Positions 27,009-39,962 of a stretch of DNA of 64,000 nucleotides are shown piece after piece. Position numbers and translations under genes: made by a program. The DNA comes from Octopus bimaculoides (taxonomy: Eukaryota). The stretch's first letter is position 1. Every line of letters begins with the position of its first letter. Location: the NCBI RefSeq assembly GCF_001194135.2, contig NC_068981.1, positions 2,202,665-2,266,664 on the forward strand, written 5' to 3'. Under the pieces are notes generated by a model that ran no database searches, had not been told where the DNA came from, and worked only from the letters and a program-made list of their open reading frames with translations.

Positions 27009-30000
27009 CCACTGGTATCGTATTCTGCTTTTGGTCATACAACATTATTTGTCCCCAGCCAATTTTACTTGAAAGTAGGTAAGATGTGGTAAGATGGGCA
27101 ACTGTCTTCTGTAGCGTAGGGTTGACCAAAGCCTTTTGAGTGGATTTGGTAGATGGAAATTGAAAGAAACCTGTGTATGCGTGTGCCCACCACTTGCCAA
27201 CAAGTGTTGGTGTGTTTATATCACCATAACTTAGCAGTTAGGCAAAAGAAACCAATAGAATAGGTACCAGGCTTTAAAAAAAATAGCACTGGGGTTGATT
27301 TATTTGACTAAAAGTTCTTCAAGGTGGAACCAGAGCATGGCTGCAATCTGTTGATTGAAACAATTAAAAGAAAAGTAGAAGAAAAGATGTCATGCAATGG
27401 AGTAAAACCGAAAAACCATTCAGCTATGAAGTGAGCTACAGCAATGCCTGCATCCATAAACAGATTGAATGAACAAATGATTGATGGAAATGACCCAAAC
27501 TGTTGCATAAACTCTAATGAAATTGAATATATTAGTTTGGTTTATAATCCAAATGATGAACCTTATAAAATGGTTACACTACAAGTAATTAATCTTTTCT
27601 ACTCGAGGTAGAGGACCTGAAATTTTTGGGGAGGGGGGGGGGTCAGTCGATTAGATCAATCCTATTACACAATTGGCACTTAATTTATCGACCCTGAAAG
27701 GATGAAAGGCAAAGTCGACCTCGGCAGAATTTGAACTCAGAATGTAAAGACAGATGAAATACCACAAAGCATTTCACCCGGTGTACTCACGGTTCTGCCA
27801 GCTCGCCACCTTACTACAAGTAATTAATACATAAAGTTGGCCAGGATTGATTAAAGAAACACAGAGAAATGTCAAATCAGATAGGATAAATGAATAAGCT
27901 AAACATAACAACAATAATTCTTCTAATCCTGATCAATACAAACGACTTAGCCAAACAAAGTCAACAGAAGCTGTGGCCAAAAAATAAATAAATAAATAAA
28001 AGGAAACAACAAAAAGAGAAGAAAAAAACGAGGACTTTCACACACTTTATTCCCCGATTGCTTTAAACAAACTCATTTGAGAAAGAAGACTTCTTAGATT
28101 AAAAAGAAAAAGTTCACTTTTGCATAAATGGCATTAAACCTATGCAGATGAGAAATTTATTTCAGGAAGGAAAAAAGCAAAAACTAGGCATCAAACTTGT
28201 CTTATGTATAAACATGTGCCATTTGCAATCACGTGTGCCACAGTCTCACACACACACGAGAACGACAAGCGTGATTTAATAGTTAAATCTTTGATCTTAC
28301 AAAAGCCAAACCAGTGGCATTTTAATAAACACAGATTAAAACTGTTGATAATAGATTTATGTGGATTGACTTGGTGACTTCTTTTGTGTTTATAATTCAA
28401 CAGTAGAGAAGGTGCGAGTCATTAAGCTTACCTCGTTGAGAAGTGTCTGATTAGCTCTCACAGTTATTTTTACAACTTCATTTACCAACAGATGACAGCC
28501 AAAATGAAACAATAAGAATTAAAATCAATAGGCTGCGAGTATTCACTAGGAACAATCGACAAGGACTTTATCTTTTAACCAGCACTTTCTGGAATCCGAT
28601 TTAAAAACATATTTAAAATAAATAGTAAATATTTCTAGAAGAAAAGTTTTGCTGTGTTTATATAAGTTCTCACCAGGTTTACATAAATTATACCAACGAA
28701 GACGTTTATCTGGGTCAGGTCATGTATTCTAAACACCAAAAAGCAACACATCATGGAGAAATGAGCAGAGGCAAGCCTGCATGTATATGTACACAGGTAT
28801 GCACATGCTGCTCTCTTCTTGACTAGAATGTTCTAAGAGTTCAATTTGAACAGTCACATGTTCAATGGCAAAGATATAGAGAAAAAGAGCCTCATTGTGT
28901 TTGTCACAATCTACAACAATTAGTCTTTTAAATTTTAATGCCTTGCAGATTTTTATTATCCCAGATATCATAATTATCATATGTGCTGTGCTAATTACGA
29001 ATCAGTGTTCTTTCCCCAGGTATCTAAGTTCAGCCATACTTTGATCGAGGTAACTTGGTATCCTGTCGAAGCTGAGAAGTATATTTCGTACATCCGATTT
29101 ACAAACTCCTCACTAATGGTCCTCAAATATCTTACTCTCTTTACTCTTTTACTTGTTTCAGTCATTTGACTGCGGCCATGCTGGAGCACCGCCTTTAGTC
29201 GAGCAAATCGACCCCAGGACTTATTCTTTGTAAGCCTAGTACTTATTCTATCGGTAACCTTTGCTGAACCGCTAAGTTACAGGGACGTAAACACACCACC
29301 ATCGGTTGTCGAGCGGTGTTGGGGGGACAAACACAGACACATAAACATACACACATATATATACATATATACAACAGGCTTCTTTCAGTTTCCGTCTACC
29401 AAATCCACTCACAAAGCTTTGGTCGGCCCTTTGGCTATAGTAGAAGACACTTGCCCAAGATGCCACACAGTGGGACTGAACCCGGAACCATGTGGTTGGT
29501 AAGCAAGCTACTTACCACACAGCCTTCTGTATCTTCTGTATTTTTCTTAACTGGTATCAAGTCAACAGTTGATTTGCACAACAGAGCAGGTTTCATTTTG
29601 TGACCTTCAACAGCAATATGTAGTCGTCAGTTATGTTTTGTGGTGCTATTTTTAGGTTCCACCAATATATTTTTCATTCTGCAAGTCTCAATATCTTATC
29701 TTTTACTTGTTTCAGTCACTGGACTACAGCCATGCTAGGGCACTGCCTTGAAGATTTTTATCATCATCATCAAACATCCGCTCTCCATGCTGGCATGGGT
29801 TAGAGAGTATGACTGGAACTGAAAAGCCGGAGAGCTGCACCAGGTTCCAGTCCGATTGGGCATGGTTTCTATGGCTGGATGCCTTTCCTAATGCCAACCA
29901 CTCCAGCACTTATTTTAATTCTGCTACTTATGCTGTTGGTCAATGGTGCTGAAATGCTAACTTCCAGTTCTCAAGGAATGGTGGTGGGACAAACACTGGC

Positions 30001-30700
30001 ACACACCTTCAGATATGCATATATATTCATCTTTATATATATATATATATATATATATATNNNNNNNNNNNNNNNNNNNNNNNNNNNNNNNNNNNNNNNN
30101 GTAAGTCTAGTACCTATTCTATGAGTCTCTTTTGCTGAATTGCTAAGTTACTAACAATCATTCATTCACTATTGTAATAATAGCTTGAGAAAGCAAAATG
30201 CTTTCAATTCTCTCAGTATACAAGCGGACCTCAAAAAACTTTCTGTGATTAAAGTGGCCCACAATGTAATCTGAGTTGGCCAGGCCTACTCGGATGATAT
30301 TCTTTTACAAACAAGAGTGACTGATGTTTTAGGTTTTTGCATGGCCTATATTTGTTGCCAGCCAATGATTTGTCTTTTGTGCTGTAGGTATTTGGCAGGG
30401 GTTTCTGTTTCATGAAAGTCTAATGTTATTTGCAACCTTCAATAAACAAACATAACCAGATACAGAAATACATCACAAATGTTGGATCTCTGGCCAACTT
30501 TGACAGACGAGAGAGTGCCAGTTGTTCAACCAACAAAACTACACATTTACTATATTACAGTATGAATGGCAAGAGTATCCCCTACACACTTGTATCCTTA
30601 ACTCTTCAGCATTTAAACTGACCATATTCAGCCCAAATATTATTATTCTTTTATGCTCAAACTGACCAGATCTGGCTTCTGACACCAACCCTGAAGTATA

Positions 30701-31279
30701 CACAGACATGCAGGAAGTTAATAGACACCTTTAATTTTCGAAATTTCTGATCTAAGCATCTTAATATGTTTTCAGCAGTGTAGAATTTAAAATGTAATCA
30801 TTCTTATTCATTCCAGGTGCCATTATATTAAACATTTGCGAAGAGTAACCATGCCACACACAAAAAATCCAGCAGAACTGTCAGATTTTCAAAGCGGTTG
30901 TATTGTTGGGCAATCTGAGGCTGGTCTTAGCCAGTGAAAAATTGCCGTAAATCTTCAAATTCCTCTTGCTACTGTTAATAGAATTATAGTGCAATTCAAA
31001 AGCCAAGGAAAAGAATCAACAGATTCACATCCCGGTCGACCTGGGTCCTTGGAAAGGAAGCTTCACTGTTTGAAGAGAATTGTGGAAAACGAACCCTGTC
31101 CGAAGGCTTCTGACATTGCAAAACAGCTAGAAGTTAGCCCAAGAATGTGTGTTACATATCTGCATAAGCTTGGGTATTATGGACGAGCAGCTAGAAGAAA
31201 ACCTTTCATTCAAACAATTAATATCAAATAAAAGATTTTGAAAAATTAAAGGTGTCTATTTACTTCCTGCATGTCTGTG
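30701..31279 (+). mobile_element. Internally deleted Tc1/mariner transposon
   Basis: About 44-bp TIRs (cacagacatgcaggaagttaatagacacc...) with TA on both sides. From ATG 30851 it reads MPHTKNPAELSDFQSGCIVG...SQ*KIA...HPGRPG...[12 protein letters not shown]: the paired-like HTH with GRP and RRKP motifs, one in-frame stop and no DDE domain. Confidence 0.9.
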
Positions 31280-32507
31280 TACAATTCCATTATTAAAACC
31301 GCAAAGCTACAAGATAATACACAGTTAATTCAAAACAATGTGAATAAATATGCTTTACATTTGACAGAATAATCTGAATGCTAAAGGGTTAAAGGGACCT
31401 TCGGGAAAACCCCTCGCACGACACAGTATAACAAGTCTGGCCCTTTGAATTACAAGTACAGTTCATCTGCTGGGCTTCCTCACAGTTTCCAACTACACAA
31501 TGTTACTCACAAGTTTGGGCTGAGTAAAAGCTAATGCAATACTCACTTGGTCAGAGAATGCTTCACAGAGGGACTGTTAAGGGGGCATTTGTAATTAAGG
31601 AGCAAAATCTTTTACTAATATGTTCCTATATTAATCACATCACAACAAACCATTTTGTTTTATTCTCGTGACATCAAGCTTCTAATATGAAATATTGATT
31701 GGCTTACTGTATTTATAGATTGATATTTAAAATACAAAGTAGAGAACTGGAGACATATGACTGGAAGATTCCTCCTCGTAAGTGTAAAAAGATGTTTTAT
31801 ATGACATTAAAGAAATTTGCTCACTTGTTTAACATCTGTTTCCATGCTAGCATGGGTTCGGACAGAAGATTATCTGAGACAGGATTTTTACAGTCGGATG
31901 CTCTTCCTGTTGCCAACCCTTACCTATCTTCAAGTAACGGATTGTTTTTTGTATTTCAGGTGTCTTTAAAAAAACAGAGCAACTGGTAATATCAACATCA
32001 CCATCATTTCACTCAATGACAAACTCATCAAGTATTCTGTTTACATTAGTCAAACTGGTATTCTCACCTTAACTATAGCTTTCACCATGTTTTGGCTGTG
32101 AATGCTCCAGCCTTCTCCTGATGTCTTCTGATTCATATTAGTGTCTTGCCTGGGATTGAACTCGGACCCTCAAGCTGACTGCACTGATTAACCAGCACCT
32201 TATCCATCATGCTTGTAAGCAGTGACAGGGTGAATTTTTAAAGCTTATAAACCCTTCCATTGACACCTGAAGGAGGCTGGAGAATATAGAGGTGGAAGTG
32301 GAAACAAAAATCAAGAGCATGACTTGCTGGCTGAAGATGCCTGTAAACATATAATAATTCTAGTGAAACACATTCACTGATTACAAAAATTAGAAATGAT
32401 ACATTTCTAAATCTCTGAGAGAGACTTAAGCAGTAGTGATACGATAAAGTAATTGTATACTGTCAACTTAACGTGACAGTCCCTCTTCAGCCAGTAAGTC
32501 ACGCTAT

Positions 32508-32550
32508 TTCAGGCTGATGAGAAGCAAAAACTTAGAAACATGTCCCTGGA
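32508..32550 (+). ncRNA. Minimal type-I hammerhead ribozyme motif
   Basis: Stem I ttcagg/cctgga, CUGAUGA 32514-32520, stem II aag/ctt, GAAA 32535-32538, palindromic stem III ACAUGU, GUC cleavage triplet. Confidence 0.75.
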
Positions 32551-33191
32551 TGCAGGCTTGGCTGGGTGGAGGTGCTTGTCTTCCCCTCATAAACATAAGG
32601 ACACAGGAAATGTGTCAAGGCCGACAGGAAGCGGTGCAGCTTCCTAGGGCTAAATAGCAGTAGTATGATTCCCTTATTGGGACTGTCACATAATAAATAT
32701 TTTCAGTTTAAAAAAAAACGTTTAGCTTCAAATGTTTTATTTTTATGAGAAACTTTTGTTGTTTTCTTTAATTACTGTTTTGTTAAAGCTGTCCTTTTCC
32801 CTTAAGAACCTATCACGGTTTATTATTTAAGCTTATGTCGATTCCTCTGTGGTGTTGTTTTGCATTTATAATAAATATATACAAATTATAAAAATAATAA
32901 AAAAAATATACAGTACAGTACTGTTTCTACTTTGCAGATTTTCACCTATCATGGCAATGTTTTGGGATGTAACACCTGCGATAGTCGAGGGATTACTGTA
33001 GTTCTGGTCAAAAAAGACAAAACTCTAGAATTTAAATTCACTGAAAATTAAATTTGAACTTGCAATATGGAAGGAGTTTGATCTTTGGCAAATAGTCTGG
33101 ACATGTTTCAGTTTTATTTCTCCTCCTCAGCAAAACATTGTCTTACCAATACCTGCCAGTTACTTCACAGATTTTAAATTACATGACTTAC

Positions 33192-33287
33192 CATTATAAC
33201 TAATCCTTGGTTTTGTAAGACATATAACAAGATGACATTCTAATTCATCTGCAGCAACTGATTTTGAACAAACAGGACATTTAATGC
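33192..33287 (-). CDS. ZNRF1/2: ZNRF1/2-like E3 ubiquitin ligase, internal exon encoding the UBZ-type zinc finger: (G)IKCPVCSKSVAADELECHLVICLTKPRISYN(E)
   Basis: ttttttgcag acceptor and G|gtaagt donor; 96 nt open frame. Translation matches recalled human ZNRF1 GFKCPICSKSVASDEMEMHFIMCLSKPRLSYND. Phases join cleanly to the next exon. Confidence 0.96.
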
Positions 33288-33460
33288 CTGCAAAAAAACA
33301 AGAAAAAAAAATTAATGATCACATGAGAAATTAGAACAAAATTTTGTTTATATAATGGAAGTGTTTGTGTAGATAAATAAAACAAATGTGAAAAGGAGTA
33401 AAAAGTGAATGCCTCATAGGCAACAATTTGTTGTCTCCTCTTGTGGTGGCTTCAGTATAT

Positions 33461-33689
33461 TTAACCCTTTCGATACCAACCTGGCTGAAACCAGTTCTGG
33501 CTCTGTAGTACAAATGTCTTGTTTTCATAAGTTCTGAATGAAAATCTTCCATCAAACCTTAGTCACAGTTTATGTTCCTAACACTAGCTGAATGAGAACT
33601 AAGTTATTTTACTAAATTCTTTGTTATATTTAAAGTAATTGAAAGAAACACAGAACATCTCAAAATAAATACAGTAACGAAAGGGTTAA
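33461..33689 (+). mobile_element. piggyBac-like MITE family F (about 221 bp)
   Basis: TTAA-ccctttcgatac...gtaacgaaaggg-TTAA; multiple copies in the window. Confidence 0.8.
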
Positions 33690-33842
33690 TGCTACAGCAG
33701 GTAAGTCTGCAGTCATTCTAAATCTTGTAAGTATTTAACAGATATTTGATATTCTATCCCTTAACATTATGGCCAAGATTGAACCCTTTTGATAACAACC
33801 TTCTTGAGATTGCTCCAGGTTCTATGAGACAAACTTCCTATA

Positions 33843-34060
33843 TTAACCCTTTCATTACTGTATTTATTTTGAGATGCTCTGTGTTTCTTTAAATATCACA
33901 AAGAATTTAGTAAAACAACTTAGTCATCATTAAGCTAGTGTTAGGAACATAAATTGTGACTAAGGTTTGGTGGAAGAATTTAATTTAAAACTTATGAAAA
34001 CAAGACATTTGTACTCAGAGCCAGAGCCAGTTTCAGCTGGGTTGGTAATGAAAGGGTTAA
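33843..34060 (-). mobile_element. piggyBac-like MITE family F, inverted relative to 33461-33689
   Basis: TTAA-ccctttc...gaaaggg-TTAA; body is the reverse complement of the neighbouring copy. Confidence 0.8.
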
Positions 34061-34789
34061 AATGACTTAAATTTTCATGTTAATTTATGTTCAAAATGCC
34101 AACTTAATAACCAAATTTTACAAAATTCATTATTTTCTAAATTAATTGAAACAAAAGCAGTGTATTCCAACCAAAATATACTAACAAAAGAGTTGATCAC
34201 ATAATCTTGTTGCTGACATTAAAACCAAGCAGCTCTTAATTTATTCTCTCTCTTTAAGGAGGAACCTACAATTCCAACATTTGAATTTACACTTTTTTAA
34301 ACATTTTCATGATGGATGGACAAGAAGTCAATGTTATAAAAATGTTTACATTTTAAAGTTATTGTGTTGATACACAAAACAAATATGAAACTAAACAACA
34401 ACAACAAAAACCCCAAGATCTCAATCTAAACGAATTTATGCATTTACTGCTACATATGACCTCTCAGATAAATAACATGTCATGTAAACACCATTATAAA
34501 AAGAAAAAGAAATATGAACATATATTCACCAATTCATTGTATAAGAATAGGTTTTTACCCAATGAAATAAACTGAAATAAAGTTAAAATTTAAATATTGG
34601 AACTATAGATCATAGAATATGAGACAAGAGTAGTTTTAAAATTACCTGTATGGATTACTTGTTCCTTTAGAAGGAAGGAAGGAAATATTTCCCAATCAAA
34701 GCAAACAAGTGAAATACACATGTGAAAGATTGAAAACAGTCTGTAGAATCATAAAAGAGTGTGACAAATGGAAAGTCTGGGCAATGAAA

Positions 34790-35390
34790 ATGGTAAAGAC
34801 ATCAACATGACAATAAATACACCACCACATTAATGAGGTGACAGTAAATACACTACTACGACAATGACATAATGGTAAATACACTATTACATCAATGAAA
34901 ATGGTATAGACACCAATAAGCTAATGACATAATGGCAAAGACACGACCATGTCAATGTAAATATAGCAATCATCGATGACATAACAGTAAAAAGACCAGT
35001 ATGTCATTGGTGTAACTGAATACAACCAACATGTCATTGACATAATGGCAAATACAGCAACCTGTCAATGACACAACAATAAACACACCACCAAATCAAT
35101 GGCATAACCATGAATAAACCAACACGTCAATGGCGTAACAGTAAATACACTACAACATCAATGACAAAATATATACACCAACATGTCAATGACAATAGTG
35201 ATCACACCAACACATCAACGATGTAACAATAAATACACCAACATGTCAACAATGTAACAGCAAATACACCAACATGTCAACAACGTAACGGTCATTACAT
35301 CAATACGGCAACATGTCAATGACGTATCAGTGATTATACCAATATAGCAATGACATAATGGTAGATACACCAACATGTCAAACCAAATTT
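34790..35390. repeat. Degenerate minisatellite, about 31-33-bp unit (aatgacataatggtaaatacaccaacatgtc)
   Basis: Repeated atgacata..aaatacaccaacatgtca motifs throughout. Confidence 0.8.
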
Positions 35391-36714
35391 GGCAAATAGC
35401 AAAACCAGACGAAATTGAGCTATAACAGCAATAATTAGTCAATAAGAGTGTTGAGTTTAATTGCTGTGAGGAGTGTTGAAGCTAACATTGCTGGTCTTAC
35501 ACTTTGAAAAGTAATAATGAGAAAAGGCTGAAACCACAACACCACTCACTTCCCCACCCTTGTCATGCACACTCCCTCACTCTCCTTCCATCACCCCTAA
35601 CATGTCAAAATGTTAAGTTCCAGTCTTCACAGTGTCTGAACCTCTTCAATTCTTAAAGGAAACACAGATCTGATTGATCGACACTAAACTCCTACCATAT
35701 TTTTTTTTTCTTTCCTCCACACATTGTATCCAGAAACAATAATCACACAAGAACTCGTCCATCTGTTATCAAACAGAGGAAGTATTGGCTCAAAGATATA
35801 AGGAGATAACGGTTAACGACAATGCATTTCAATGTTGACTACAATTGAATGAATGAATCAGCAAAACTGCCATTTAGTTTCCCTTCAATATTTCCTGTTC
35901 ACTGTGCATCATTTTTGTTAGTCCTTTTGTTTTACGAGTTTGAATCAAGTCATTCCCACCATATCAGGGCAAAAATGACCAAGCAGATGTTGGACAACTA
36001 AGAAAGAAATTTAACTTCACCCCCACTAACTTAAACGCTTCCGTTTTCACATTTCTGCTGAAATACATTTCCTGTTTCAATTAATTTTGAAACTAATGAA
36101 TTTAGTAAAATAGCTTTATCATTATTAAGCTGCAGCTTTGAACCTGAAATTCTGGGAGTCTTAAATTTCTATCACTTTAAAGCAGGAAGTTTGCATCATA
36201 GAAACAGATGTGGTCTCAGACGGGTTGGTATCACAACGATTAACATATGGAACCAGAGGCACAGATGTGGCTTGTGGTAAGAAGCTTGCTTTCCAACCAC
36301 ATCGTTCTGGGTTCAATCCTACTGTGTGGCACTTGGGGCTACTTTGGGCAAGTGTGGTACTTGGGGCTACTATAGCCTTGAATCAACCAAAGCCTTATAA
36401 GTGGTTATGGTAGATGGAAACTGGAAGAAGCCTGTGTGAGTATGTATGTGTATGTCCCTCAACACCACTTGACAACTGGTGTTGGTGTGTTCATGTCCCC
36501 GTAACTTAGTGGTTCAGCAAAAGAGACAGATAGAATAAATGTCAGGCTTTAAAAAATTAAGTACTGGGGTCAATTCATTCAACCGAAAATTCTTCAAGGT
36601 TGTGCCCCAGCATGTCCACCGTCTAATGACTGAAACAAGTAAAAGACACCCATACATATCGCCATTAGCTAGGTAAACAGGTGACAAATCTTCTGGGATG
36701 GACCTCGTGCTAGT

Positions 36715-37026
36715 GGCATGTAAAAAGCACATTCAAACATGGCCGACAGCAGTACCCCTCCTCCTGGACTCGTGCTGGCAGCAGGTAAAAAGCATCATCC
36801 AAACGTGATCGATGACAAGCCTGCCTGACTGGCTCTTGTACCGGTGGCACATAAAAAGCACCCACTACACTCTCGGAGTGGTTGGCATAAGGAAAGGCAT
36901 CCAGCTGTAGAAACTCTGCCAAATCAGATTGGAGCCTGGTGCAGCCGGCTCTCCAGACCTCAGTCAAATCATCCAACCCATGCTAGCATGGAAAGCGGAC
37001 GTTAAACGATGACGATGATGATGATG
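36715..37026 (+). mobile_element. SINE family B with (GAT)n tail, representative; about 20 copies or fragments
   Basis: Conserved ttggcgttaggaagggcatccagctgtagaa...ccaacccatgctagcatggaaagcggacgttaaacgatgatg. Also at 4490-4860(-), 8330-8720, 11200-11560(-), 16975-17280, 40320-40620, 48030-48650(-), 52160-52430, 55725-56260(-), 61870-62110(-), 63610-63850(-). Confidence 0.85.
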
Positions 37027-37539
37027 ACTGTATGTTTTAATAAAATGTTAAATGAAATGAGAAATGATGAAAGCTTTTAAAAAAGCAAAAAGTTTTAAAA
37101 AACCTTCATATTTCGAGCACAAAGGCCTATCCTCAGAAGAATACAGTCCAGGAAATGGGTTTACATAGATCCTGCCATTTCGGGCAGCCAGTGACCCGGT
37201 TTCTGATATATACACGCACGACGGACTTCTTTCAGTTTCCATCTACCAAATCTACTCACAAGGCTTTGATCAGCCCAAGGCTGTAACAGAAGACACTTGT
37301 GCAAGGTGCCACACAGTGGGACTGACTCGGAACCATGTGGTTGGCAATCAAACTTCTTACCACACAGCCACACCTGCTCCTATAAAGTGAAACTGCTTGT
37401 GCTCATAGCAGCAGCTCCCTAACTGCTGGTGTTGCATAGGGGTCACATTGGGGACGAAGGTGGAAGGCTGGCTGTAGGTTGACAGCAGTATTGCAGAAGG
37501 CAACTGGCCATGGTAGTGAATCCTATGGTAGTAGTAGTA

Positions 37540-37588
37540 GCAGAGAGTAATGGTGTTGGTGGTGGTGGTGGTGGTGGTGGTGGTAGTG

Positions 37589-37619
<31 letters not shown>

Positions 37620-37640
37620 TAGTGGTAGTAGTGGTAGTCG
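37540..37640. repeat. Compound (GGT)n(AGT)n trinucleotide microsatellite
   Basis: Direct inspection. Confidence 0.95.
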
Positions 37641-39239
37641 TAACAGGTGATGAATGGCACTGGTGGTGTATGTTCTGGTCATAGTCTTCAGCAAGTTGGT
37701 TGGTGGTTGTCATGTGTGGGTTGGTTGGTCGGTTTCATGGGACTCAATTGTGTGACTTACATAACGTCTTCAGTTTAATTAGCAACGGGCTTGATGTGAA
37801 TTCGTAGTAGTAGTAGTAGTAGTAGTACATCCATTATTATACAGCTGTCACCTGAGCAGCCAATCAACAATATATTCTGAAAGTAGTACATAGGTTTGTT
37901 TGTTTTTATTTTAGGAAAACAAACTAAGGCAGGTCATGAAGCAGTCTGTATAATAAGTGGGTGTGGATTGATTGAAGTCTGTCACCTGGGCGCCTCTACA
38001 TGACACAAGGTGCCTTTAGTGGAGTCTATTTCAGGCAGGTGTCTGGTCTGAGGTCTTCCAACTAGATATGAAGGCCCAATGAAAGGGCATTGATGTTACC
38101 TTTCTTGCTAACTAACCAATTACAAAGTGGGGAGGAAAGTATGTGGTAAGAAGCTTGCTTCCCAACCACATGGTTCCTGGTTCAGTCCCACTGTGGAGCA
38201 TGTTACCTAAGTGTCTTCTACTATAGTGTCAAGCCGACCAAAGTTTTGTGAATAGATCTGGAAGACGGAAACTGAAAGAAGCCCATCATGTATGTGTGTG
38301 TCTGTCCCCACCATTGCTTGACAACCGATGTTGGTGTGTTTATGTCTCCATAAATTAGAGGTTTGACAAAAAAGATTGAGAGAATAAATACCAGGATTTT
38401 TTTTTTAATGGGAAAAAAGTACAGGGGTCAATTCATTTGAATATTGATTCTTTGAGGCAGTGCCCCAGCATGGCCATAGTCTAATAACTGAAACAGGTAA
38501 AAAAAATTAATAAAAAAGATAAATCCAAAAATGCAGTGGTTATTACTATGGACTCTGGTAGAGGCCAAGCAACAGCAAACTTGTTTAATATTTCTGACAT
38601 GGCTGTTTGATTAAGAAGTTTGCTTCCAAACCACACATGATTTGGGGTTCTGTCCCACAGCACAACACCTTCAATAAGGGTTTACTACTAGAGCCCCAGA
38701 CCAACCAAAAGCTTGTGCATGGTAGCTACACACACACATGCACACGTGCGTGTGATCCTTGTCTTAGCATCACGTGATGGTTGTAAGCAAGCATCACCTT
38801 GATGCATGTTGTTTCCACTCTTAAATGGAAAAAAAGTGTGCCTAAGGAGAAATCTTACCCTCTTTGGAAACAAGTGAGGGTTGATGACAGGAAGGGTATC
38901 CAGCTGTAGAAAATCTGCCTCAGTTCCAAGTGTGGAAAAGTGACGTTAAATGATGATCTTATGATTAATAAACTATGAACTTAGAAGTGCAGCGATATCA
39001 ATACATTGAACAGGTCCTAGCTTGCTAATGTACATACACTGATTCTATTATTACTGTAGGCTCATACCAAACCAAACTGGCTTCGTATAGTCCCTAATTT
39101 ACAAAACTACGAATAAAGAACTTGCAATAATACCAGTATTTCAAACCCTCACCAGCCCTAATGCTTTATATTAACTTAATGATAAAATCAATACTAACCA
39201 GGTTAAATTTCTTTGTAACTCCTTCGCTGTCTGATCTGG

Positions 39240-39420
39240 ATTACCTCCCTTCCAAACTCAACCCTCTGAGAGTAACTTTCCTTACCCCAATAACAGACAG
39301 CCCAATGCTATTCTTGTGATAATGAGAGATTTCAACAAGACTTGAGCCAGCTAATGAGAGAAAAGCTTTATTGCACAAGTCTTTCGTGTGAGGAAACTGC
39401 CAGTAGTTGCCAGTGTTGGC
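39240..39420 (+). pseudogene. Possible non-LTR retrotransposon APE-endonuclease remnant
   Basis: PNAILVIMRDFNK resembles the xxGDFN motif; very degraded. Confidence 0.35.
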
Positions 39421-39505
39421 TTCAGTCAACTAAATTAATTAATATGTTACAGTACTGAGCACTTCTGTTTTGTTAGATAGAGATAGTGTGTGCGTGTGCG
39501 TGTGC

Positions 39506-39544
<39 letters not shown>

Positions 39545-39675
39545 TGATTGGTGAGTAGCATACTTTATTTTTAAATTAGAGGTGCCCTATAATCCAAATC
39601 TTAACAGCAATGAACTGGCATTGTCATGGTTAGGGTGAATGTTTAAAGAAATAGCTTTACATATTTTTTCAAATC

Positions 39676-39962
39676 AAGTCTCGTACAACCATCGACCCTT
39701 CAACCAGGAGCCCTGAGCAGTTAAGAGATTTACTTTAACCCTTTAGCATTTAAACCAGTCATAGCTAGCCCAAGCATTCTGTTTGTTATATGTTGAGACT
39801 GGCCACATCAGGCCTCTCACTTCTACCCTATAATGTCATGCTAAAAATAAACAACCATATCATTGAAATCTTGCAGCTATGAGATATTGCACGATTAATT
39901 CAAAATGCTGTGAACACATAAGCATAGCATTTGGCAGAATAACCAGAGTGCTAAAGGGCTAA
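39676..39962 (+). mobile_element. piggyBac-like MITE family G (ttaaccctttagcat...tgctaaagggttaa)
   Basis: TTAA-flanked TIRs; related copies near 20808-21482, 30598-31392 (split by Tc1), 42546-42700 and 57735-57952. Confidence 0.7.

Noticed and set aside
28432-28446. Possible 15-nt in-frame microexon (DTSQR) with strong GAG|gtaagc donor in intron 2
   Set aside because: The acceptor lacks a polypyrimidine tract; likely chance without junction reads.
37357-37713. Thr-rich and Pro/Leu-rich ORFs
   Set aside because: Produced by the (GGT)n(AGT)n microsatellite; no splice or homology support as ZNRF exon 1.
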